Notes under the pieces: generated by a model | Databases searched by the model: none | What the model was told of the DNA's origin: nothing | What the model saw: only the letters and a program-made list of their open reading frames with translations | In this document: piece by piece, positions 29,270 to 40,600 of the stretch | Position numbering within the stretch: position 1 is the first letter of the stretch | Layout: the number at the start of each line of letters is the position of its first letter | Translations under genes and position numbers: made by a program | Virus record (IMG/VR): IMGVR_UViG_3300031787_000065 | Span: 1 to 64,000 of that record | Origin: a virus | Length of the DNA: 64,000 nucleotides | Strand: one strand, 5' to 3'

Positions 29270-31114
29270 TTAATTCTCTAGTTCATATGTCCAACTTAAA
29301 TTTAAGTTATAAGTTCCGTCCATAGGATTCCACGATTCTTGCGGAGGATTAACAAAATATTTTCTAATACCTAGTTCGTAGGCTGGGCTGATAGCTTTAA
29401 TCATATTATTTATATGTGTTCTAGCTGGTTCCCACATGGTAGGTTTACTTAATACGTATTGATTTCTATATAAAAATTGTAATTGTGCTGGATGTAAAGT
29501 GGTTGTTGTTGTAGTCGTTGTGGAACCGTTTGCAGGCGCTGGCGTTGTTGTCGTAGTGCGTCCATACTGAGTGTCAAATACTAGCTCTATAGATACATCT
29601 CTTTTGTATTCTGTCCTAGTTCCTAAATATTGTAAAACTGGACCGTTTGACCTACCAATTACAGGTATTGTCGCAAAAACATCTCCTGGATATGTATCGT
29701 TGATGGATATGCTACTGGATTTTAATCCACCAACATTGTCTATCAACGGTCTATTATCAAAATCTATATTATAAGTAATTTCACCAGTAAATTCATTATG
29801 ACCAATAGATATTGATTTTGGCGTTGGATTAATATCAAAGTTGACTAATTTTCTCGCTCTTTTGTATAAATCAGATGTTATCCCAAACGTTCCTTGGTTG
29901 CTAATAAGGTTATATTTATTAATTGCATTTTGATATGGTGTAACATGAACAGTAGACCTATAATCTCCACCATAAATGTATCCGCTTGGCGGCATACTAG
30001 ATAAGCCCTTAACTGTACCGTTGACAGATATGGTAGTTAAAGTATCTTCTGCCGAGGAACCGATAGAAGATGAATAGTTTTCATAAGCCGTTCCGCTAGA
30101 TAGCAACCAAGTATCAACGATGTTATAGCTACCAGTAGACACATCGAAGCTTTCGCTTCTAGAATGATTAAAACCACCATACATTTGTGCTGATAAATAT
30201 ATAAATCCACTACCAAAATAATGACCAGCCGTCCAGCTTTGAGATGGCAAATCGGAATGTTGACGAGTTATTCCATTGTCATCATGCAAATATCCATTAT
30301 AATTATGGCTATATTTATCTAAATATTTTTTAAGAAAACCCCTAGCTTGAGCAAAAGCTTCTCCACCTTGATTTGGCGCAAGGCAATCAGAGATACGTTT
30401 ACCAGTAGCAGATAAATTTCTAGTTAATCTATATGTTCTAGTTACAGCGTCGTTTGGCGCGGAGTTTCCACCATTGCTATAAGGTGGAGTAATACCATTT
30501 CCATCTTGTGGCTCTAAAGACCAATTCTCAGAAAAATCAGAAACAATACCTCCATATTTATTTATATAATCTGGTATAGATACACCGCTTGTATCTTCTA
30601 TATTAATATTAATAATTCCTTGACCATAGCTATTCATAGCTATAATCTTATCTTCCTTATTGAGCAAGAAATCAGTTTCTAACGTAATCGAATACCTACA
30701 TGTGTCTACCCATACCCCTTCTTCAAAAGATATAGACGTTAGCTTTGGATAAAATTGAATTACCGGCTCATTTCCATCAATAGAAGAAACTTCTACCCTG
30801 TTGCAACTGTCTGCAAACAAGCTTCTTAAAGCTACTTGTTTTGATAAAATGCTACCAAGGCGACCACTTGCTGGAATAGTCTGGCTACTTGGTCTAGGAT
30901 CATACTGGTTAGCAAACGAAGATGGTGAACTAGATAGGGTAGGACTATTAGTATATGGAGAACCCTCATCGGCTATAATGGAGCCATTAAGAGTAATAGT
31001 ATAAGATCCACCAGCATTTCCAGTGGCAGTATTAGTAGAATTCCAATCTATATTCATTAATGGGCATGGCCTAATCACTTTAGCTGTGCCAGCTTTATCA
31101 TATACTATAATCAT
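29270..31114 (-). CDS. distal-tail/baseplate-like protein (614 aa)
   Basis: Position in the tail-tip block; beta-rich, ends YNLNLSWTYE; poly-Thr insert. Confidence 0.5.
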   Translation of the reverse strand: MIIVYDKAGTAKVIRPCPLMNIDWNSTNTATGNAGGSYTITLNGSIIADEGSPYTNSPTLSSSPSSFANQYDPRPSSQTIPASGRLGSILSKQVALRSLFADSCNRVEVSSIDGNEPVIQFYPKLTSISFEEGVWVDTCRYSITLETDFLLNKEDKIIAMNSYGQGIININIEDTSGVSIPDYINKYGGIVSDFSENWSLEPQDGNGITPPYSNGGNSAPNDAVTRTYRLTRNLSATGKRISDCLAPNQGGEAFAQARGFLKKYLDKYSHNYNGYLHDDNGITRQHSDLPSQSWTAGHYFGSGFIYLSAQMYGGFNHSRSESFDVSTGSYNIVDTWLLSSGTAYENYSSSIGSSAEDTLTTISVNGTVKGLSSMPPSGYIYGGDYRSTVHVTPYQNAINKYNLISNQGTFGITSDLYKRARKLVNFDINPTPKSISIGHNEFTGEITYNIDFDNRPLIDNVGGLKSSSISINDTYPGDVFATIPVIGRSNGPVLQYLGTRTEYKRDVSIELVFDTQYGRTTTTTPAPANGSTTTTTTTTLHPAQLQFLYRNQYVLSKPTMWEPARTHINNMIKAISPAYELGIRKYFVNPPQESWNPMDGTYNLNLSWTYELEN

Positions 31115-34100
31115 TATTTTCCTCTAATTCGCATGTTAAGCGACTGATTTTCACTTCCTGTCCCACTGGCGGTAAATAAACTCAAACCAGAACTAGAAAC
31201 CGTAATCGGATCTGGACAATCTGTATATAGATACAGGCCAGAAGGACTACTGGATACAATATCTTTGACCGCTCCAGTGAACATTCCTATGTTATTATAC
31301 ACAATTGCTGAATCATCTACTTGTGTAAATATATTCATATTTTCTACTTCTGGAGGATTATTAGATAGGACATACAGGCTCATAATACCGCTATTTGGAG
31401 TACCATATGCATACTGACCGTTAACTGACTTAATAAATGGCCTATGCTGTATAAATCCTTTAGCTACTGGGTCTTGACCAGAAGCCTCTAAGAAAATCTG
31501 ACCCCTTGTATCTGTATAGATTATTCCACTAGCATAATATGATTTATTATTAGATTGCCCATTTGTGACTTCTAAAAATACATTCGGATACCAATTTTGA
31601 TCTATTTCTCCAAAGACTCTAGCTTGAATAAATGCGTCTGGACTTTGAATAGAAGGGGTTTGTTGACGCAGCATAATATCAGCCGTATAAACTTCACCGC
31701 TATTCACTAAAGATCCAACACATAACGTATAATCAGCATCAGTTCTATTACTTCTATCTATACTAACAGCGCATCCAAACCTACCACTATCTTCTGTAAA
31801 ACCAAACATTTCTGGAGTCAATTTTTCTACTAATGACCAATTTTGGGTTTTTGTGGCCCAATCAACAATGCTATTTTCAAATAAATATACTGCGCCATTA
31901 TCTTGTACTCCAGATTCTAAAAATTCTGTTACTATCCTAGATGGTATATAAAATTCTGGATTAAATGATTTTCTAATAAATTCTCCAGAACCATTAGTAT
32001 AAATATTACTAAAATTATGATTTGGTGTGCCAACGGCTATAATATCACTAGATATATCTAAAGATATTCCAAACCTATCTGAACTTGATCCACTTACTCC
32101 TACGTGTAAACTATCTGGCCTTAGTTTTTGTATACATTCCCAAGGAGTGGTTAATCCGTGATATCCAGAGCCTTTAAAAGTTTGTTCAAAAATATATACC
32201 GCCCCAGCGCCTCCATCATATCCAACTTTTAGTCCAGAGTTAGCAGAATGATAAGCCCAATCACCAATACTGTTATTACTAAATGCTGATCCTGGCGATC
32301 CAACTACAACTTTATTTTTATGAATACTAATATCGTATCCAAATAAATCTCCCTTATATAAATTAGTAAATTTATCAAAATCTAGATAATCATATCCTTT
32401 ATCCTTCATTAACTTTGGTAAGCCGCCTTTGTAATTAGCATCAGAGTAAAGTTGACCATCTATTATACCGCTAAACTTAGCGGTAGATCCTGCTAAATTT
32501 TGTTTTGCCACAAATGTAGCTATTTCTTGACGCTTTTTTTCTGCTCTCATTTGTTCTATAATTTCTGGATTTCCAATCTTTGGAATTTCAGCATATGGCG
32601 TCATTGGATCTTTTACAAATGCTGGATCATATCTAGACTCATTATTATTAAACGAAGAAAATCCTAAACTAGAACTTGCCGACATGTATCCACCATTAAA
32701 TAGTTTGTTAATTCCAGAATTATGTGGAGCTAATGTTAGATATTTTGCTGGACTTCCTCTTTCTGGAGAAACAATTTTAGTTATAGTGTCAAATGATCTT
32801 CCTCTATTTGCGTTTCCAAAAAATGTTTCTGGATATAAGCTACGCAAAAATGTTACAGATTCTCTAGACGCTCTATAGAATTCATCTCCCATACATTTAC
32901 CCTGTACCAAAGATGAATCTGAAATTAATGTAATCCTAGAGCGATTATAACCAACATCGAAAGAAGAAAAATGTTCTATTTCTTGAGCAACAACTACTGG
33001 GCCATCGGCAATCCATTGATTATTTAAATTTTGTTCAAAACATTTGTTGCCATTACAATATTGATCATTTCTATTACTAATATGCGCAAATCTTGTACTA
33101 GTAAAAGAAAACTCTGGCTGCGCTGGAGACATTTCTATAAGTTCAAATCTATCAAACACTTTATAAGATTGAGAAGATGACGTTTTAGTATTAATGATTG
33201 GTGCTAATACGCCGGATATAGCCATTAATCTAGTGGTTTTTGGTATAAAGTCGCTAGTTATTAAAGGGAATCTATTATTATATGCAGATATATAAATAGA
33301 AATTTCACCAGATGTTGCCTGTATATCAAAATGCTTAGTAGAAGATTTGTTAATGGTTACACTGGTTAATGAGCTATCAATACCAATGCGTTCCATAGAA
33401 TAACCGTTTTCTAAAGTTATCGTAGTCATATCTGAACCGGCATATGTTGGTAGACCGTATGCGCGAGTAACATTATCTATATAGATTCTTATTGGCTCTA
33501 ATTCTGTTGGGGATTCTGATATATTTGTAAAAAATAGTCTATATCCAGAATTTGGGATTGATGGAAAAGTGACTTTGGTTATTCCACTATCAAATCTCCA
33601 GTAACCAGCCGTATCAAGTTTAGTTTGATATATTTCTTGTGTAGAGTGGGCGAGGGGCGACAACCCATTAATCAATTTAATTGGAATAAATTGTAAACTA
33701 CTTATAGAGAAAGAATCTATTTTACTTTTTCTATCATGTCCATTGGCTATGTATGTATTTGGATTTACTCTTAATGCTCCCATTGGCACTCCTGCTGTAG
33801 CAAATTTTTCATCAGCAAATAAATATAATGGTTCTAATTTACTATTTAAAATTGATAATAATTCTGACACTAGTCTTGCTTGGGTTGATTTATTGCTATA
33901 AGTAATAATTAACTTTTTATTTGATAGCCTTAACCACGACAACAATTCTTGCAGTTGTTGAGGGCTTGGTAATTGAATTGGGTCTGCTATCCAGCAAACG
34001 TCATGACTAGGAGATATTGTTGGCACATTTAGTTCAACGCTATTGTTAGAATTAGTAAATACTTCATATAATATAGAATTAGGATTAGCAGAAATAAAAC

Positions 34101-37100
34101 TGCTATGACCTGTCCATCCGCCCAATTGAGCAATTCTAGACTCGCCCCGCTTGAAAGGCTGTGATACAAGATTGATATAAAAGTATAGATTTTTATCACC
34201 AAAACCAGACATTAATGAGCTTGAGCTTTCAGTATCGGTAGATGCTATACATACAATTCTAGAATTATTTATAAATGTTTCTTCTACCGCAAAATAAGAT
34301 AATTCTGAAACTAATTCATTACCTTTCAATACTTCTTGTTCCGATATAGCGTTTGATTGCAATAAAGCTTGCCTATCTTCAAAAGATTCTGGAGTATAAA
34401 ACTTCTGAGTACTATTGCTAGCACTGGCATTATAATTAATACTAGTATAATTAGAAGTTCCAGAGTTCCATATTATGCTAACATCAGAGGAAATATTATT
34501 CTCATCAAATAAGGCTCTTTCTGTAATAGATGTAGATATTTCTTCTCTAAATATTGCTATATTTCCAGACACTGCCGGTTTTGCTGGTATAGTAATGGTT
34601 TCAGTTACTAAAGAAGCCGCAGCTAATAAAGGAACCGGTTCTTGATTTGGTAAATCTTTATAAATTGGTGGACCATTCAATGCACAAGAGGAAGCGTCAT
34701 AAGTTTTAAACAGTGTTGGCCAATTAACTGGAATAAATATGGTTTTTAATTGATCGTTTAAACATTTATGATTCCATTGCGCTCTTAAATCTCCAATGTG
34801 TTTAAGTGGTAATTCACATTTAGTATTAGCTGGTGTTGGGTCCATATACATTGATATAGTTTTATTAAAAGAATCTTGATTAGAATCATTACAAGGCATA
34901 TATAGTTCAAACTCTGGATCTTCAAGATTCATTCTAATATCCGCAACCCCATAAGCATTAAGATTTTGAGGTATTATATAACTATGAGTTGCATTGGTTG
35001 GAATAAATGATGGAATGACCTTGCCACACCCAGAAGGCATCATCAATGCTTCAGCATAATTTCTAGCTGGAACCAAAGTCATTCTAGATTTTATATGTAA
35101 TAATATTTTATTAATAATTTTATTAGAATCTGCATAGGCTCCATTTTGTTCCCAAGAAGGATCATTTCCAACCAAGACCAAGTTCCTATCACCCAAAGCT
35201 AACCAAGATGAAATATTTTCTAAAACTTCTTCACTAAGGGCGTCCACTGCTGGAGTTATTATGAAAGCCAAGCCAGCATCCTCTGGTATCTTAACCTCAG
35301 AAAAATCTGTTTTTCTAAAGTTTTTATCTCTAAATATATTAGATAAATATCCAAAATGTCCAGAATCTATAGGATCGCCTATGTCTTCTTGCAAATTTCC
35401 AAATTTACCAAATTCAACAACAGAGTTGTGTGGATAATATTTTCTAGACTCTAATAGTGTTACTGATCCAGCATTTACAGTAGCATCCCAAGAAGGAGTT
35501 ATTGAAGTTGTAGATAGTAACGGTCCTCTATATCCATCGTTCTGATAATAAACTCTAGCATCTCCACCTTTATTAAAACTGTCAGTTGGGGAACCCACCG
35601 CTACAAGTCTACCGTCTTCACTAACGGCAACGCTGTATCCGCACCTTGGGGTTGGGGCAAAGTTATCTATAATAAATTCCCAATCGTCAGCATCTTTTTG
35701 CTCTCTATTTTCTGGCAATGTTAATATAATTGATTGTCCATTATAAATATTTGATAATTGATATTCTGATATGCTAAGAAATTTTCTAGCTTCTAATTTT
35801 TCAGTCGATGTTAATGAACAATATAGCATCTTATTAGCAGATACTATATTCATAGTATTTAACCACTCTTGCAAAGAAGATATCAAAGATGTATATCTTA
35901 AATTATTTCCACCAACAAGGGAGCTTTTATTATAAAGCCAAGTATGTAAAGAAGAATATAATCTATCTTTTTCTTCTTTTTTATATTCATAAATCTGACA
36001 TGCTTGGCTAATGTATGGAGATCCAATAGCAATAACTTCTGAGTTTTCACTAATCGCTACAGCATGACCAAATCTATCTGGAGTATCGTATATAATATTT
36101 GGTGATTGTATTTCTTGAATACAATTCCAATATCCGCTCTCTTTTTCAAAAATAAACACGCTGCCACCGCTTGGTGGAGGATAATTAAACTGAGAAAGGT
36201 TAGAATTGAATGCTTCTGGTCCGACACCGGAAGTAAAAAATCTAACTTGATTTTCTTTTACTAGTCTTCCTGTGTCTAGAACATAATCTAAAATTTTCTT
36301 ACTGTTATCTATCCAATCTTCGCTATCGTCAGAAGCAAATTCTACACATTGCCCAGAAGATGGAACTCCATAAAAATCTTTTAATCCGCTGGCAAAGCTA
36401 TATTCTCCAAAATAAGAAATAAAACGATTTAGTGCTGGAGAAACAGCTTCTTTGCCTAAAGATGCGCTATCATCAACATATATACCAAGAATAACTGGTA
36501 TATTATTATTTAGTTTTGATTCATCATATGGATAAGCTTCGTGAAAAGCGCTCTTAATGTCATTAAATATTAAGTTTGTTCTTTCTTCGCTGAGTATACC
36601 TTGATTTCTAGCTATTCTCTTTTTTACAATATAGTTTGGCTTTGGCTCTGGGAAATCTTCTAATTGTCTATTGGAATAATCAGCAATTGGTTCACATATA
36701 ATAAGTTTAACATCAAATTTTACAGGGGGATCTGAAAAATATTGAAAGATTAAATCTTTATTCTGTATAGCTCTCTGTATCTCGTAATGCTCTATTCTAT
36801 CAAATGTATTATATCTATTTTTTTTGTAAATAATTGGAGTAAACTCGTCAGTAAATATCATTAATCCTATTTGGACGCCAGAAGATGATAGTTCTTCAAA
36901 GCTTCTGTGCTTCCATTGTGCGCTAGGTGCCCCAACTACTAATATTTTTCTGTCACTTTCTCCTATTGACGGATCGCCACTTGATGTTACGGCTAGATCC
37001 AAAGAGTGACCAAACTCTCTTCCCTCTTGACCCACCATCCATAATCTTTCTTCTACTGGTAGAGGCATGTCAATGCCGCCTATTTTATTTGTATATCTTA

Positions 37101-37689
37101 CATTGTAGTAATCTTTAATAAAACCGGATGGAAGAGTAATAATTTCATCAAGAAGCCAAGGAGACTTATGTTTTTCTTCTGGCCAACTATATCCAGAAGG
37201 TCTATCTTCTCTGCGATAAACGTGTACTGATCCCGTTTTCTCTAAATTAAAAGTTACCGTATTACCAGAAGCGTCAAGTTCTGAATAGGTAATAGTATCA
37301 AATGGAGAACCAGCAGCTAAATAATTTTTCTTTACACTGACAGCTTTGCCATATTTTTGAGAATTGTGCGGAAGAGTATGTCCAGAGTAATTTACAAAAT
37401 CATTAGAGCCATACTCTACTTCTGTAAACTCTAGCGGGGTGTTGATAGCTCCACCGCTACCAGTTTTGCCTTCAATTACTATAGAATATGGAGCATTTGG
37501 TATTAACCCATCATACTTTCTAATGCCATAAAAATTTCCGCTATATCCAACTGGAGTATTAAATCCACTAGATTCAAGATTGGTGTAAGTATTTTTAGCT
37601 CTTAGAATACCACCATCAACGCACTCGCTGGGAGCGGCCCATTTTAAATCGTGTAAAACCACAGGCGTTTCAGAGCATTTTTTAGTCAT
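31114..37689 (-). CDS. giant FG-GAP repeat (beta-propeller) virion protein
   Basis: Seven FG...G(A/S/T)P-type repeats; ATG 37689 overlaps the upstream TGA (ATGA) and has a GGAG SD. Confidence 0.75.
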   Translation of the reverse strand: MTKKCSETPVVLHDLKWAAPSECVDGGILRAKNTYTNLESSGFNTPVGYSGNFYGIRKYDGLIPNAPYSIVIEGKTGSGGAINTPLEFTEVEYGSNDFVNYSGHTLPHNSQKYGKAVSVKKNYLAAGSPFDTITYSELDASGNTVTFNLEKTGSVHVYRREDRPSGYSWPEEKHKSPWLLDEIITLPSGFIKDYYNVRYTNKIGGIDMPLPVEERLWMVGQEGREFGHSLDLAVTSSGDPSIGESDRKILVVGAPSAQWKHRSFEELSSSGVQIGLMIFTDEFTPIIYKKNRYNTFDRIEHYEIQRAIQNKDLIFQYFSDPPVKFDVKLIICEPIADYSNRQLEDFPEPKPNYIVKKRIARNQGILSEERTNLIFNDIKSAFHEAYPYDESKLNNNIPVILGIYVDDSASLGKEAVSPALNRFISYFGEYSFASGLKDFYGVPSSGQCVEFASDDSEDWIDNSKKILDYVLDTGRLVKENQVRFFTSGVGPEAFNSNLSQFNYPPPSGGSVFIFEKESGYWNCIQEIQSPNIIYDTPDRFGHAVAISENSEVIAIGSPYISQACQIYEYKKEEKDRLYSSLHTWLYNKSSLVGGNNLRYTSLISSLQEWLNTMNIVSANKMLYCSLTSTEKLEARKFLSISEYQLSNIYNGQSIILTLPENREQKDADDWEFIIDNFAPTPRCGYSVAVSEDGRLVAVGSPTDSFNKGGDARVYYQNDGYRGPLLSTTSITPSWDATVNAGSVTLLESRKYYPHNSVVEFGKFGNLQEDIGDPIDSGHFGYLSNIFRDKNFRKTDFSEVKIPEDAGLAFIITPAVDALSEEVLENISSWLALGDRNLVLVGNDPSWEQNGAYADSNKIINKILLHIKSRMTLVPARNYAEALMMPSGCGKVIPSFIPTNATHSYIIPQNLNAYGVADIRMNLEDPEFELYMPCNDSNQDSFNKTISMYMDPTPANTKCELPLKHIGDLRAQWNHKCLNDQLKTIFIPVNWPTLFKTYDASSCALNGPPIYKDLPNQEPVPLLAAASLVTETITIPAKPAVSGNIAIFREEISTSITERALFDENNISSDVSIIWNSGTSNYTSINYNASASNSTQKFYTPESFEDRQALLQSNAISEQEVLKGNELVSELSYFAVEETFINNSRIVCIASTDTESSSSLMSGFGDKNLYFYINLVSQPFKRGESRIAQLGGWTGHSSFISANPNSILYEVFTNSNNSVELNVPTISPSHDVCWIADPIQLPSPQQLQELLSWLRLSNKKLIITYSNKSTQARLVSELLSILNSKLEPLYLFADEKFATAGVPMGALRVNPNTYIANGHDRKSKIDSFSISSLQFIPIKLINGLSPLAHSTQEIYQTKLDTAGYWRFDSGITKVTFPSIPNSGYRLFFTNISESPTELEPIRIYIDNVTRAYGLPTYAGSDMTTITLENGYSMERIGIDSSLTSVTINKSSTKHFDIQATSGEISIYISAYNNRFPLITSDFIPKTTRLMAISGVLAPIINTKTSSSQSYKVFDRFELIEMSPAQPEFSFTSTRFAHISNRNDQYCNGNKCFEQNLNNQWIADGPVVVAQEIEHFSSFDVGYNRSRITLISDSSLVQGKCMGDEFYRASRESVTFLRSLYPETFFGNANRGRSFDTITKIVSPERGSPAKYLTLAPHNSGINKLFNGGYMSASSSLGFSSFNNNESRYDPAFVKDPMTPYAEIPKIGNPEIIEQMRAEKKRQEIATFVAKQNLAGSTAKFSGIIDGQLYSDANYKGGLPKLMKDKGYDYLDFDKFTNLYKGDLFGYDISIHKNKVVVGSPGSAFSNNSIGDWAYHSANSGLKVGYDGGAGAVYIFEQTFKGSGYHGLTTPWECIQKLRPDSLHVGVSGSSSDRFGISLDISSDIIAVGTPNHNFSNIYTNGSGEFIRKSFNPEFYIPSRIVTEFLESGVQDNGAVYLFENSIVDWATKTQNWSLVEKLTPEMFGFTEDSGRFGCAVSIDRSNRTDADYTLCVGSLVNSGEVYTADIMLRQQTPSIQSPDAFIQARVFGEIDQNWYPNVFLEVTNGQSNNKSYYASGIIYTDTRGQIFLEASGQDPVAKGFIQHRPFIKSVNGQYAYGTPNSGIMSLYVLSNNPPEVENMNIFTQVDDSAIVYNNIGMFTGAVKDIVSSSPSGLYLYTDCPDPITVSSSGLSLFTASGTGSENQSLNMRIRGK

Positions 37690-40600
37690 TGACAGTCTCC
37701 ATAACAAATGATATCCACACCCCTAATTTCGTCATTTGCCTCTAAGAAAGCTTTATCATTATCAAGGCTTGTAATAGATTTACCAACATTATCAGAAGTC
37801 CACATAATAACGCCTTGTTGATTAATTTGTTGATTAAAAGCTGGATAGTTTATAGTAAATAGTCCAACCGAACTTTCAATAGATTCGTATGATCCTACAC
37901 ATTGTAAATATAGGTTAAAATCATTACCGAAAGAAACAATATCTTTTAATCCGTCTATTACTAAATTCATAGTAGCCAATGGATAGTTATCTTCCACTGG
38001 ACTTCTAGAGTTCACAAATATATTTACACTATTTAATATCGTTTCTGCTACTTTGTTACTTGCAAAAAGACCAATTTGTTGTGATTGAGATGGATAGCTT
38101 TCTTGAACATGAGTATTTAATGGTAGAATTTGATAATCAAATTTCTCATTAGCTATTAGGAACAATCCTAGTTCTGGTACAAAAGATTCATCATTTGGAG
38201 ATATTGATCCAAAATTATTATTAGTAAATGAAGAAATTCTGCCAATATTTAAGCAAGATAACCCTAAATTAGCATTTCTGTTATACGCACTAGTGGTAAA
38301 CATATTGACGGCGACATTGTGAGTATCAATAGGCTTGCCATCAGTCGAAAGGTTTAATGAAGCATATAAGGGAGATAATCCAGCGGTATGTAAGTTAATG
38401 GTATTGAGAGCTTTTTTCTCACCGCTAGATACTAAGTTGAGTATAGAATTGCTATCTTCTTTTTTCAAAATAGCGTCTTGTAACTTAACGTTCGCGGCGT
38501 GTATCTTGATAGAAGATTCAAACGGGCTTCCAGAAGGATAAACAATGTCATACTGTAAAAACATATCATTTATATCATAAGAATAATACTTATGATCAAA
38601 TTCTGATATGAGTTGATCATTATTAAAATTAGACCATTTTTCTGACCTGTCTAATATGTCTTTATGATTAAACGTACTGATTAATTTATGTATATTGCCA
38701 GAAGATCTAATGTAATACGTAGACCTATTAATAAGACCCAAGTTCTTAGTGCTGGGTCGGTTACTATCATCTTTCTTTGTTGTGTATAAGCTTACAATAA
38801 ACTTGGGGCCAATCTCGCCATCTTTCCAAATTAAATTATTAAGAGTTTGATGTTCAATTATTGTTTCTACACAAATGGCTCTTTCAGCAAAGTTGTAATC
38901 TCTTGGTAAAGCTTTGCTTACTCTTGAATTTGCAAACATAAAATTATTGTCAACATTGGACAGACTGAATCTTACAAAGTCATTTTCTATCTGTGTGTGA
39001 TATGAAACGCCATCTAGGTTAATAGACGAAGGGGTTGGTAATAGATTACTTATCTGCAAATATCCGCTACCACTATGATTAAGATTATGAACAATATAAT
39101 CATCTCCATCTCTCTTTGTCATCCTAAAAAAGTCTGCTGAGAAATGTCCATAGTTGTAATCTCCTAAAAGCCACTTATCTGTATCGTCATCAATAAAATC
39201 ATATAATTTATATCTATTATTTGATTGAGATCTGATGCTATCAAAAAATGATGAAACAGAAATTTGTTTATTAGATTTTATAGGATTATTAGAAACAATA
39301 TTACATCCAAAATTAGATCCATCAGATAACCCTAATTCAGATAAGAATATTGGCAAATTCACATCGTTATTGTTAATACGGCCAATAACTATTCCAGATC
39401 CAATTTGCTCAATGTTGAATTCGCTAGATTCTGCTCTTAATATAGTAAAATTATCTATAGACTCATTATCTGTATAGATACGTAATTTTTTAGAATTATT
39501 ATCATTATATGTAATTAATAAAGAAAGTGGATATGTATATTCGCTATAGTGAGCAGTATCACTTATAGAGATATAATTATCATTTGTGTCTTTACATGTT
39601 ACATTTAAGTAGCCATTGCCATATTTAATAGTTAGATTATTAGTGGTGTCTCCAGATATATTACCAAAAGTAGCGATAACGCCAGAATTAAATAAATCAT
39701 AACTATTACTAATGGCTTGATTTGATGGAGTAAATCTAATATAACATGCAAATCCATTCTTATAATTAAATGGCGTAGAGTTGTCTGTTAATCTTGGTAA
39801 ATTGCCAAATCTACCCACATTGACAAATCGATCAAAACTATCGTTAATAGTAATATTAATATTTTGTTGACTATTAGTTTTTGTCCAATCTATAGTTTTA
39901 TTTGGTGTTGGTTCTGAGAAAATTGATGAATTATTTAGTCTATATCCTATATTCTGATCTTGAATTTTAGCAGTAATGCCACCAAGCCACACTAGAGTAT
40001 TTGTAGAATTAGAAGAGGGTGTATTGGGTATAGATTCTCTAGATATTAAATGTACTAAACCGCTTGGATATAGTAGATTAAATATTTCTTCAATATGATT
40101 AAAGTTATAATAACCGTAAGTAAATGGATTATCTGATGGTGGATTGTAAAAGTCGGCAGAAAATTGATCTGGATTAAATGGACCCCAAACAACGTTACCA
40201 TCTACGCCCTTCCATCTATTAGAATAATTAGTAGTCACTCCGCTAGAATAAGAATAGGCATGTGGTAGTGGTGCCAAGCTAGAACTATTAATATTGTGAA
40301 TGATCTGTGTTCCAGAGGAACTGGATGGCAATAGCTTTAAGTTTCTTAATACAAGTTCACTAGATTGCGCTTGACCAAATGTGTGTAGCTGTAAAGCGTT
40401 AGATGGCTTGTATGTTACGACTAAATATGCTGTAGATATAGAAGCTCCACTTGGAATTGGATAAAGATCTATATAAAGATTTTCAAACATAGGACTAATA
40501 TTATACGCCCTAGATTTACCAATACTTACTTGGTCTTCGTAAATTTCTAATGGTATAACATATTCTTGAAACGAAGTAGAGGTTACAAGTGGAGCATTAT

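Noticed and set aside
37680-37710. Frameshift breaking one giant gene (1576 aa plus ~2190 aa)
   Set aside because: An ATGA overlap with a GGAG SD fits ordinary translational coupling; fusion in relatives cannot be judged here
38498-38513. Additional CGTGTAT copy
   Set aside because: Intragenic, antisense to the gene, and has C at the W position
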